A stretch of 64,000 nt of DNA from a virus (taxonomy: Duplodnaviria > Caudoviricetes). The translations under genes and the position numbers were made by a program. The notes beneath the pieces were generated by a model. The model worked only from the letters and a program-made list of their open reading frames with translations, was not told the DNA's origin and searched no databases. This document shows positions 38,415 to 47,162 of this stretch, piece by piece. The stretch lies in the IMG/VR virus record IMGVR_UViG_3300005403_000005, positions 1 through 64,000 of that record. The stretch is one strand, 5' to 3'. The first letter of the stretch is position 1; every line of letters begins with the position of its first letter.

Positions 38415-38808
38415 TTGAAATCGAGTAGCTCCGAAGGAGCTACGACTAATTTCAAATGTTTTACTATGTAGCTAGTCATAGCTGATAACTAGCTATTAAT
38501 AGCTTTATATAAGTCTTTATTCTAAAGACTTAAAAAACACTTCTAGCGCATGTGCGTATATGGCGCGTATATCACGTGCGCGTATATAGAGGGAATGAAA
38601 CGAAAGCAAACAGTCCGATAACACTGGAGTGTTGTGCCGTTTTGTCACTCGCCAAGTGAGCTTCCCAGTCATCGGAATAGTCAGTCTCCAAATTTTCGAT
38701 TTAAGCGACTTTAACCATGAAGCAGTAGAGAGATGTGGCTTTAGTACGCGCAGTCGATTCTAGGGGCAATTCCGTTCGCAGGAGAATAGAATCTGAATCA
38801 CTTTTCGC

Positions 38809-38837
38809 TTGACTTAATTAACCACTTAATGTAGAGT
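38809..38837 (+). promoter_or_regulatory. sigma70-type promoter TTGACT-17bp-TAGAGT with operator-like spacer
   Basis: Spacer TAATTAACCACTTAATG. Confidence 0.8.
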
Positions 38838-38869
38838 AGCATTATTGCATCGGAAAAATGGAGGAATGA

Positions 38870-40195
38870 ATGTCAAACGCTTCTAAAACCGGAATCAAAA
38901 ACTTCATTATCGACACGAATGTACTGCTCCATGACCCAGACTGCATATTCAAGTTTGAAGAACACAACGTAATCATTCCGATGGTGGTGCTTGAGGAGCT
39001 TGACCACTTCAAGAGCGAAAAGAGCGAGATTGGCGCAAATGCGCGTCACGTGGCGCACACGCTCGACAGACTCAGGGAGAAGAGCTATCTGGGTGACGGA
39101 GTGGATATCAACGGCGCTGGTCGTCTGATGGTGTGGGCAAAGCCCGTGCCACCAATACAATCACTCGACATGGACAAAAATGACAACACCATTCTCGCCA
39201 TTGCAGCCTATCACAGCGAGCAGTATGGCGAGACATTCCTTGTCACGAAGGATGTGAATCTTCGGGTGAAGGCTGATGCGCTGGGCATCCCAGCAGAGGA
39301 TTACCGCGCTGACGCAACTGATGTCAGCGGAGTGGGCGATATCGAAGAGGTCTTTGTCGATGAATCCCTCATCGATGAGGTCTACAAGAGCAAATCGGTG
39401 AAGCATGAGCTCGCAGTTGATGGGCGATGCTACGTGCTGAAGTCTCATGAGGGTCAGAAGTCAGCGCTTGTCAGGAGTATCGATGGTGAGCTTCGCGTTA
39501 TCTCCCCCAAGTGCGTCGTGTCAGGAATCAAGCCGCGCAACCATGAGCAGCGGTTTCTTGCCGAGATGCTTCTCGATGACTCCCTCGATATGGTCGTATG
39601 CGCTGGCGTAGCGGGAAGCGGGAAGACGCTACTGAGTATCGCGGCTGCGATAGCTGGTGTCGAGTGTGGCAAGTTCGATAAAGTCATCATTACAAAGTCA
39701 ATCCAGCCCGTAGGAGCTGATATCGGCTTCGTGAAGGGCTCCAAGAAGGAGAAGATGGCTGAGTGGGTGAAACCCTTCTACGACAACCTTGAATTCGTCT
39801 ATCACACGATGAAGAAGAAGGGCAAGAGCATCCCAGCTTTCGGGGGAGGGAGTAATGCGCCGATAGGAGCGGAAGACCCCTTTGAGGATATCATCGAAAT
39901 CGAGGCAATCACCTATCTCAGGGGGCGCTCCCTGATGAATCGCTACGTCATCATCGATGAGGTCCAGAATCTCACGCCGAAAATAATGAAGACGATTGTA
40001 AGCCGCGTTGCCGATTCTGCGAAGCTCATTGTCCTCGGCGACCTTCAGCAAATCGATAATCCATATCTTGACGCAAAGAACAATGGGCTCGCGTACATCA
40101 TGGCACGCGCAAAAGGGGAGCGGAACATTGGCGTACTCAATCTCAGGAAGTCTGAAAGGGGTCGGCTTGCGAGCTTCGCAATCGACAAACTGTAG
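38870..40195 (+). CDS. PhoH-family protein with N-terminal PIN domain (PhoH2/YlaK-like)
   Basis: PIN motifs IDTNVLLHD, EELD, DNTIL, TKDVNLR; ATPase GVAGSGKT, YLRGRSL, IDEVQN, GDLQQID. Confidence 0.93.
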   Translation: MSNASKTGIKNFIIDTNVLLHDPDCIFKFEEHNVIIPMVVLEELDHFKSEKSEIGANARHVAHTLDRLREKSYLGDGVDINGAGRLMVWAKPVPPIQSLDMDKNDNTILAIAAYHSEQYGETFLVTKDVNLRVKADALGIPAEDYRADATDVSGVGDIEEVFVDESLIDEVYKSKSVKHELAVDGRCYVLKSHEGQKSALVRSIDGELRVISPKCVVSGIKPRNHEQRFLAEMLLDDSLDMVVCAGVAGSGKTLLSIAAAIAGVECGKFDKVIITKSIQPVGADIGFVKGSKKEKMAEWVKPFYDNLEFVYHTMKKKGKSIPAFGGGSNAPIGAEDPFEDIIEIEAITYLRGRSLMNRYVIIDEVQNLTPKIMKTIVSRVADSAKLIVLGDLQQIDNPYLDAKNNGLAYIMARAKGERNIGVLNLRKSERGRLASFAIDKL

Positions 40196-40762
40196 ATGGC
40201 GCAATTGAGCGAAAGAGAGTTGATGTCGCGGAAGTGGTGGGATTATCGCATTGTCACGCCCGATGTGGCGACAATGATGTTTATTGCGGAATATGCGCGG
40301 CAGTTCCGCGAGTATCTTGAGTATCTCGGCGAGAGTCGTCACGTGAACATACTGAAGGGCTTCGATATCGAAGCCCCTCATCAGTGGCACAACTGGGTGA
40401 TGTCGAGCAATACGAGAAGATGGTGTGATGAACGGATGATTCGCTATGGGGATTACTGGAAGTATGCCATCGAAACACATGAGCGGAAGCGGAGGTGCAA
40501 GGCTCTCTACTCCATCATGTGCAGTTCAAAGATGAAGGATGAGGTTGAGTGGCGCATTTCGCAAATGGAGGAGGTTCCGTTCGCGGAGCATCCCGTATTC
40601 AAGGCTGAGAATTATTCCGGCTGTGCGCTTCAAGTTTGTTACTTCAAGTACCTCATGGCCAGGATTCGCAAGAAGTATGGCGACAATGAGCTAATCACAA
40701 TAAGGAGGTTGGTTGATAATGGAGTCATCCCAGTCAAATTCTTCACGCTATCGCATAGATAG
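40196..40762 (+). CDS. Hypothetical protein upstream of the replicative helicase
   Basis: Operon context only. Confidence 0.7.
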   Translation: MAQLSERELMSRKWWDYRIVTPDVATMMFIAEYARQFREYLEYLGESRHVNILKGFDIEAPHQWHNWVMSSNTRRWCDERMIRYGDYWKYAIETHERKRRCKALYSIMCSSKMKDEVEWRISQMEEVPFAEHPVFKAENYSGCALQVCYFKYLMARIRKKYGDNELITIRRLVDNGVIPVKFFTLSHR

Positions 40763-40772
40763 GAGCAGTGGC

Positions 40773-41087
40773 GTGAAGGCTGCGGAGGAGTATCTTAGGC
40801 GAAAGTATGTTGAGCGTGAGGGGGCTCGCCTTATCGCACGTCATGTAGAGATGATGACGGGAGGGATGTGGAAGATGTTCCTCTTTGGTGCAGTGGCATC
40901 CTTCCTCTTCTGTATCTCAAGCAGGGCGCTTCTTGCATCTCTTGGCGATGTGCTGGGGATTGGACCCACAACATACGGGGCGTACGCCACACTCCTGTTG
41001 TTTTTTGCTTCAGTGGTTGTTGGAAGAAAGGTTATTCAGGCAGAAGAGAGCGTCAGTATTGTTGTTGAGGAGGGCGAGGATGAGTAG
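40773..41087 (+). CDS. Hypothetical 2-TM membrane protein
   Basis: RBS AGGAG before GTG 40773; two hydrophobic segments. Confidence 0.6.
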   Translation: MKAAEEYLRRKYVEREGARLIARHVEMMTGGMWKMFLFGAVASFLFCISSRALLASLGDVLGIGPTTYGAYATLLLFFASVVVGRKVIQAEESVSIVVEEGEDE

Positions 41088-42414
41088 TAGCTGCTCTGGG
41101 CAGCAGGAAGAAAAGCCTGCGATTATCTCGGAACAAAAAGTCCTTGCCTGCATGATGCGGAGTAGGGATTTTTGCTCTGTAGCAGCGACTCACCTCAAGC
41201 CATCATATTTCGAGAATCCCATCAGGCACAATCTTGCCAAGATTTCAGCAGACTACTACAAACTGTACGGAAGTCCTATAACTCTCGCAGCAGTGACAAG
41301 CGAGCTGTCAAAGCTCGTAAAATCAGGGAAGGTCAATGCAGCGGATGTCCCAGTCTACGCTGGGGAGATGAAGGATGTCTATGCCTCTGACATCTCAGAT
41401 GCGCAATACGTTCTCAAGGAGCTCGTAACTTTCATCAAGCGCGCAGAGTGGCGCAAGCTGATAGAAGAGGCCGTCAAGAGTTATTTCCCCAAAGGGAAGT
41501 TTACGGAGATAGAGAAGGTTGCATCCGAGATAGCCGCCATCAGCACCTCTTCGCAAGTGGAGCCGATGGACTATTACTCCGACGCCGCAATCGTGGAGAG
41601 GACGAAGCGGAGGGAGGAGGAAGCGCTCAGGCCAACGATAGGTATATCGACCGGCATCAAACGGATGGATGATACGCTGGCAAAGGGTGGTTGGTATCCA
41701 AAGGAGCTCTACGTCATCCTTGCGCCCCCGAAGCGCGGGAAGACGATGAGCATGCTCTACTGGGCGAATGTCGCTACGTGGGCTGGGTTCAATGTGGCGT
41801 ATTTCTCCTGTGAGGTTTCCAAGGAGGTTATTGCAGACCGCCTCGATGCTTGCAATACCGAGACTGAGATAAAGCAACTTCAGCTTCTGGCCAATATCAA
41901 GCTCATCGAGTCAGCACTCAAGTCGAAGAAGCCGACTGGAAAGCTTTTCGTCTACGAGTATCCGACGAAAGTGCTGACGAGTGGCGAGATTGAGCGGCAA
42001 CTGAAGATTGCGGAATCCAAGGGTGTGCGGATAGACATCATCTTTGTGGATTACGGGGATATTATGCGCCCTATGCGCCACTATGACAATCCGCTGAAGG
42101 AGGAAGCCTCGATATTCGAGGAGCTTCGTGGCATCGCTGGAAAATTCGTCATCCCAGTCGTAACTGCCACTCAGGTCAATCGCGAAGGCTCGGACAAGGA
42201 AATCATCAGGGGGAAGAATGTATCGGGAACGTGGGAGAAGATAATGGTTGCCGATTACATCATCTCGCTCTCTGCGACTGAAGCTGAACTGAAGGATAAC
42301 ATCATGAAGGTTCACTTTGCGGAGTGCCGCAATACACCAAGCAGGACGCTTAAAATTAAGACCGCCTATGGATTGGGGAAATTCTATAAAGAGTACATCG
42401 GGGAGGTTGTGTAA
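41080..42414 (+). CDS. Replicative DNA helicase (DnaB-like, SF4)
   Basis: STGI..MD..L..GG, APPKRGKT Walker A, FVDY, TATQVNR motifs; start at ATG 41080 after RBS GAGG. Confidence 0.9.
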   Translation: MSSSCSGQQEEKPAIISEQKVLACMMRSRDFCSVAATHLKPSYFENPIRHNLAKISADYYKLYGSPITLAAVTSELSKLVKSGKVNAADVPVYAGEMKDVYASDISDAQYVLKELVTFIKRAEWRKLIEEAVKSYFPKGKFTEIEKVASEIAAISTSSQVEPMDYYSDAAIVERTKRREEEALRPTIGISTGIKRMDDTLAKGGWYPKELYVILAPPKRGKTMSMLYWANVATWAGFNVAYFSCEVSKEVIADRLDACNTETEIKQLQLLANIKLIESALKSKKPTGKLFVYEYPTKVLTSGEIERQLKIAESKGVRIDIIFVDYGDIMRPMRHYDNPLKEEASIFEELRGIAGKFVIPVVTATQVNREGSDKEIIRGKNVSGTWEKIMVADYIISLSATEAELKDNIMKVHFAECRNTPSRTLKIKTAYGLGKFYKEYIGEVV

Positions 42415-42440
42415 TGGTACATCGGGGAGGTTGTGTAATG
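42393..42440 (+). repeat. Perfect 24-bp tandem duplication GTACATCGGGGAGGTTGTGTAATG x2
   Basis: Read directly; spans the helicase stop, RBS and next start. Confidence 0.95.
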
Positions 42441-42674
42441 GAGTTTTTAGATGAAATTCCGAAGCACAAGAAGAGGTCGAAGAAGCGGAAGCGTCCATAT
42501 CTTATCCTCTTCAGGTCAAGATTATTCTCCGATGATGCGAGATTCGACGAGTTTCGTGTCTGGAAGCGGTATGAGGATGGAGATGTCAGGGATACGGCAT
42601 TTGATTTACTTCAGCATAAGTTCGGAAGATTCTCCAACTCTATGGAGTTCGTGAAGCAAGATGAAGAACAATAA
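42414..42674 (+). CDS. Hypothetical basic protein (alternative start 42438)
   Basis: TAATG coupling; duplicated RBS. Confidence 0.65.
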   Translation: MVHRGGCVMEFLDEIPKHKKRSKKRKRPYLILFRSRLFSDDARFDEFRVWKRYEDGDVRDTAFDLLQHKFGRFSNSMEFVKQDEEQ

Positions 42675-42692
42675 TGAAGGGAGAGGAGAGTT

Positions 42693-43214
42693 ATGCGCAG
42701 TAATGTGAATGTGGTGGAGCGAGAGGTTCTCAATGGGATGGTAGCTCCGGAGCTCAGGGTGAAGGAGGCGAGGATTCTTGCATCGCAGGAAGTTTCTACA
42801 CAGAAAGTTGTCTATATTAATAGGGAGTCGGAGAAGGTTGAGTCAACAATGACTTCTGCACCCATGATTCCGATGCGTGATGAAGTCCGTATCGTCGAGC
42901 GTGAGGAGCCTATCCCAGCAGATGCGAAGAAGAAGTTCAAGCTCATCCAGCCTTCCAAGTGGAATAGGGCAGCGTGGTTGAGGGGCGTGAAGCGTGGCGA
43001 TATCATCGCTATCCGGAGCTGGTCGCTGGGGCCGCTCGAAAGCGTAATTGTTGTGTCATACTGCACTCCCACGATGGTTGTGTCGATTTGTGGTAAGAAG
43101 TTCGACAAAAATGATGGCATCTCCAATGATGGCAAGCGTCTGATGCTCTATCCGCTGAATGATAAGTCGAGGTATCTCCTTGTCAGAAAAGTGAGGAAGG
43201 CTCATGGACTGTAA
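42693..43214 (+). CDS. Hypothetical protein
   Basis: RBS AGGAG; operon context. Confidence 0.65.
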   Translation: MRSNVNVVEREVLNGMVAPELRVKEARILASQEVSTQKVVYINRESEKVESTMTSAPMIPMRDEVRIVEREEPIPADAKKKFKLIQPSKWNRAAWLRGVKRGDIIAIRSWSLGPLESVIVVSYCTPTMVVSICGKKFDKNDGISNDGKRLMLYPLNDKSRYLLVRKVRKAHGL

Positions 43215-43473
43215 ATTTAAGGTCGGGGATTTGGTTCGCATCATTGAATTGCCACCAGGAGGACATACACAGTGCAGAGTTGGTGATGTCAGAGAAGTGA
43301 AGAAAATCGAGCCACAGAATGGTGTTGGTTATAGGGTGTGGTTTTTTGGTCGCAATTGTGATGTTTGGTTTCGCGAATCAAGACTTGAGAAAGTCATGGA
43401 GGAGCCAGAGGAACTAGAGGAACTCCCGAAGCTATCCGAATATCGCAAAGATGCCAAGTGGAGATTGTCGTGA
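43204..43473 (+). CDS. Hypothetical protein (FKVGD.V.I SH3/KOW-like start)
   Basis: RBS GAGG; pattern common in small phage proteins. Confidence 0.6.
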   Translation: MDCKFKVGDLVRIIELPPGGHTQCRVGDVREVKKIEPQNGVGYRVWFFGRNCDVWFRESRLEKVMEEPEELEELPKLSEYRKDAKWRLS

Positions 43474-44429
43474 GTGTCGATATGGATGCCTTCCGTGACT
43501 ACCTTGAGGAATTCTTTTCGGTAGTCGAAGTTTCCGGCTCTACGCAATGGAAGCTTGAGGGTGGGGAATGTCCCTTCTGCGGCGAGAGCAGGACTGACCT
43601 TCGCCTCTATGTGAATTCCTCGACCGGGGTTGGCGTTTGCCATCACTGTAGCAAGGGATTCACTGCCGTTTCATTCATCATGGCAAATGAGGGCTGCTCC
43701 CACAAGAAGGCTGTCGGCATCCTTAATGGCCATGAGGATGGTTGGGCGACGGAGAGGCCGGAGGAAAAGGTTGTAGAGTCTGGTCTGATTTCTCCCAAAT
43801 GTGTTTCGGCGCTTGACTCCCGCCAAGCACTCGACTATCTGATGAGTCGTGGCATTGGTGAGGTCGAAATCAAACACTTCCGCCTCCTTTGGGCAACAGA
43901 AAATGTTGTGATAAATGGCAAGACATACTGGACTGCAAAGCGGATAGTCATCCCCATCTTCGACTCCTCTTGTGTGATGGTTTCGTGGCAGGCTAGGGAT
44001 ACGACTGGGACATCTAGCCAGAAGTATCTCTTCCCGCCCGGATTCAAGGGGAGAGAGTATGTCTACAATATCTGCGGAATCCCAGATGACCCGGATTACT
44101 TGATAGTCTCCGAGGGTGTATTCGATGTTTTCGGCTGGTGGCGAAGTGGCTTCCGTAATGTCGTGGCTACATTCGGCAAGAAGATGACCGAAGAGCAGGC
44201 GCTCTTGATACGCTCCAAGCGTCCGAAGATTCTTCTAGTTGCATGGGATACGGATGCGACGTGGAATAAGTATGAATTGGTTGAGAAGATAGGCTGCCAC
44301 TTCCAAGACGTAAGGATAATAGATTTGAAGGGGAGGGATGCTGACGAATTAAGGCGGGATGCCCTTCTTGAATCATTCAAGCAGGCATCCCGCTATAGTT
44401 GGGAAGATAAGATTCTCTCGGCACTGTGA
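43458..44429 (+). CDS. DNA primase (zinc finger + TOPRIM)
   Basis: CPFC...CHHC, RIVIPI, VSEGVFD, WDTD motifs. Confidence 0.9.
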   Translation: MEIVVSVDMDAFRDYLEEFFSVVEVSGSTQWKLEGGECPFCGESRTDLRLYVNSSTGVGVCHHCSKGFTAVSFIMANEGCSHKKAVGILNGHEDGWATERPEEKVVESGLISPKCVSALDSRQALDYLMSRGIGEVEIKHFRLLWATENVVINGKTYWTAKRIVIPIFDSSCVMVSWQARDTTGTSSQKYLFPPGFKGREYVYNICGIPDDPDYLIVSEGVFDVFGWWRSGFRNVVATFGKKMTEEQALLIRSKRPKILLVAWDTDATWNKYELVEKIGCHFQDVRIIDLKGRDADELRRDALLESFKQASRYSWEDKILSAL

Positions 44430-44904
44430 TTATGCGTCGAGCGATAGTCTAATCTTGTCATAGATTTCACTTATCTCCTCATCTGGTGATTTTAGCGCAT
44501 CCTTGAACACTCTGGGTATTTCAGTCGCAAGAGAAAGAAACGCATCAAATGCGTCTTTGTGCATGACTCTGAGTATCACCAAGGCAAAATCTTTGCTAAA
44601 GCCATACACACTGACAAAATCAGATACGCGGTTGATGGGAATCTTGGACTTGCCAGCCTCAATCATAGAGATGAAGTTGAGGTTTGCATATCCAAGTCTC
44701 TTAGTGACATCCCTTGACTAAAGCCGATTGCTTTTCTTTGTGTAAAAAGCAGTCTTCCAAGTTCCACAACTGTAATGTAATGGTTTCGATGTTTGTACCT
44801 TTGAGGCTTTTGATGCTCATAATATTTTCTCCGATTTTTGCATTAATGTCGTTAGTAATTGTGGCATTCGGAAGCCGCGCATTTCTTTGAGCAACTGCTT
44901 CCAT
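44430..44904 (-). pseudogene. Xre/cI-like HTH repressor disrupted by a 5-bp duplication (44772-44781) and a 1-nt deletion (~44711-44716)
   Basis: Joining frames gives MEAV...ETITVVELGRLLFTQRKAIGFSQ(R/G)DVTKRLGYANLNFISMIEAGKSKIPINRV, a complete Xre HTH; strong RBS AGGAGGT; only leftward gene in the region. Confidence 0.8.
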
Positions 44905-45117
44905 GTTGAATTACCTCCTATTGGTTTAATTATCTGCTTAATGTAACCTTATACCAATTGTTTTTCCAATGTCAATAAACTTTTGTACCCGTGAATAAAA
45001 AAAAGTGCCTCATTGTAATGAGGCAATCTGCTTACAAATCTAAGGGTTTAATATTAATTGACTTTTGATGACATTTCAAGTATCTTATTAATAGAAATGA
45101 TGAAGAAAGGAGGGTTT

Positions 45118-47079
45118 ATGAGCAATAAAGGGATGGGTGTGCTTGAAAAGGTCAGTCGAGCTATTGCGGCTGATTACGGAATTACAGTCACTTTTAGTGG
45201 CACGGCAGCTTATACGGATTGTCGTCACATCAATCTTCCGATGGTTCCTGATGAGATGTTGAATGAGGAATCCATCGACATGCTTCGCGGATACTGCGAC
45301 CACGAGATTGCGCACGTTCTGTTTAGCGATGCAAACATCATAAAGGAGCCGTGGTTCAATGCGCTTCCCGATGATGTGGTTCTTCTCACTGGGATTTTTG
45401 AGGATATTCGCGTCGAGCACCTGATGTCAAACAAGTATGAAGGTTCTCGCGTGAACATGAATCGACTCACGGACATTCTTGCGAAGAAGACTGATAAGGA
45501 GCATCCCTTCGGCGCACTTCTACTTGAGGGTCGGAGGCAGTGTAACGGATATATCCTCGAAGACGTAGATGATTATGCAGGGAAGTTGAAGACTTTCTTC
45601 AATGAGCCAAGGCTGTTTGAGCGTATCTCGGCGCTCAAGAGTAGTCATGAGTCATGCGACCTTGCGCAGGAGCTTCTGAAGAAGCAGCAACAGCAGCAAC
45701 AGCAGCAACAGCAGCAACAGCAGCAACAGCAGCAACAGCAGCAACAGCAGCAAGGGGAGAAGCCTGAGAAGCCTGAGAAGCCTGAGAAGCCTGAGAAGCC
45801 TGAGAAGCCTGAGAAGCCTGAGAAGCCTGAGAAGCCTGAGAAGCCTGAGAATGACGAGGATGGGGAAGATGAGGGTGATAGCAGCGACGGAAAGGAGAAG
45901 GGGGATAAGGGCAAAAAGTGTGGCTCGGGCGATGGGAAGGATGGGGGCGAGGATGATGGGGCATCAGATAATGATGGGGCATCAGATAATGCTGGCTCTC
46001 CCAGTGAGAAATCATCAGTCACGGATGAGAATGGTGGTGAGTGTGGCGGAAATGTCAATGCTACGGGGAAATCGGTAGATATTGGCGATTGGTACGCAAA
46101 GGATTCGGGCGATTTTGATGACCCCATGAAGGCTGCTATGGATGAGTTTCTTGAGCAGAATAGTTCCACCATTTCTGGTCGCGACACTTACATTCCCTTC
46201 TCCAAGAACTTCGACAAATTCGAGACAATTGAGGAAGCATCTGATACCACACAATATGGACGCCTCCTTGAGCGACTGGGGAATTTTTCCGGCGTAAAGC
46301 AGAAGATAGCCACGATGTTCGCAACAAGGGTTGCAGGACACTGGATTCTCGGAAAAGACCAGGGACGCATCAATAATAGGGCTCTTGCTGGCGTGATTGC
46401 TGGGAGGAAGGATGTCTTCAAGGAGCGCTACGTCTGCAATGATGTCGATACTGCGATTACGTTCCTCATCGACCTCTCTGGTTCGATGTCTGGTGGCTAC
46501 AAGATAGAGACTGCTATGGCTACAGCAGCAATGTTCTGCGAGATTCTCAATGCCACGCGCGTCAAGTTTGAGATTCTCGGTTTTACGTCTACTACGCCAA
46601 CGATTGCAAGTAGGGCAGCATTGGAAAAATCATACAAACATGGCGGGAAGGAAGCAGGCTACTTTAATCGTTATGAACCCCTCTATACGTGCGTGTTCAA
46701 GGCATTCGAGGAGCCGATGGGAGCTAAGATTAAGAGAAGGCTGTCTAGCTGGAATAAAATCCAAAAGCGCAACAATTACGATGGCGAGAGTTTAATGATT
46801 GCCTTCAATAGAATCATCCGGCGCAAAGAGTCGCGCAAAATCATCTTCGTCCTCTCCGATGGCGCTCCCTGCGGCGATTCCTGCGCTCGCAGGAGTGACG
46901 GGGGCGCTTATCTCAAGAAGGTCTGCGAATCAATCGAGGCTACTCCGGTGGAGCTGATTGGCATCGGCTTCATGTCACGCGTGGTAAGGAAATTCTACAA
47001 GAACCATATCCTAGTCGATAATGCGCGGGAGCTTCCGGAAAAGATGTTGAAGGAGTTGAAGCGGATACTCCATGTCTAA
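45118..47079 (+). CDS. CobT-like protein: N-terminal HExxH domain, low-complexity linker, C-terminal VWA domain
   Basis: DHEIAH, EDIRVE, MIDAS motif IDLSGSM, LSDGAP; RBS AGGAGG before ATG 45118. Confidence 0.88.
   Translation: MSNKGMGVLEKVSRAIAADYGITVTFSGTAAYTDCRHINLPMVPDEMLNEESIDMLRGYCDHEIAHVLFSDANIIKEPWFNALPDDVVLLTGIFEDIRVEHLMSNKYEGSRVNMNRLTDILAKKTDKEHPFGALLLEGRRQCNGYILEDVDDYAGKLKTFFNEPRLFERISALKSSHESCDLAQELLKKQQQQQQQQQQQQQQQQQQQQQQQGEKPEKPEKPEKPEKPEKPEKPEKPEKPEKPENDEDGEDEGDSSDGKEKGDKGKKCGSGDGKDGGEDDGASDNDGASDNAGSPSEKSSVTDENGGECGGNVNATGKSVDIGDWYAKDSGDFDDPMKAAMDEFLEQNSSTISGRDTYIPFSKNFDKFETIEEASDTTQYGRLLERLGNFSGVKQKIATMFATRVAGHWILGKDQGRINNRALAGVIAGRKDVFKERYVCNDVDTAITFLIDLSGSMSGGYKIETAMATAAMFCEILNATRVKFEILGFTSTTPTIASRAALEKSYKHGGKEAGYFNRYEPLYTCVFKAFEEPMGAKIKRRLSSWNKIQKRNNYDGESLMIAFNRIIRRKESRKIIFVLSDGAPCGDSCARRSDGGAYLKKVCESIEATPVELIGIGFMSRVVRKFYKNHILVDNARELPEKMLKELKRILHV
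45685..45846 (+). repeat. Two adjacent 9-bp coding tandem arrays: (CAGCAGCAA)n = Q23 and (GAGAAGCCT)x10 = (EKP)10
   Basis: Read directly: 45685-45753 and 45757-45846. Confidence 0.95.
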
Positions 47080-47105
47080 ATGCTGGAAATCAAGTCATAT
47101 ACTCA

Positions 47106-47134
47106 TTGACTTAATCAACTACTTAATGTATAGT
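47106..47134 (+). promoter_or_regulatory. sigma70-type promoter TTGACT-17bp-TATAGT with operator-like spacer
   Basis: Identical over 29 bp to the promoter at 54809. Confidence 0.85.
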
Positions 47135-47162
47135 AGTGAAAAATCACGCGAAAGGGGGAATC

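Noticed and set aside
45635-46187. Poly-Cys/(GFS)n and (SQA)n/(VAA)n ORFs on the minus strand
   Set aside because: Antisense readings of the Q and EKP tandem repeats.
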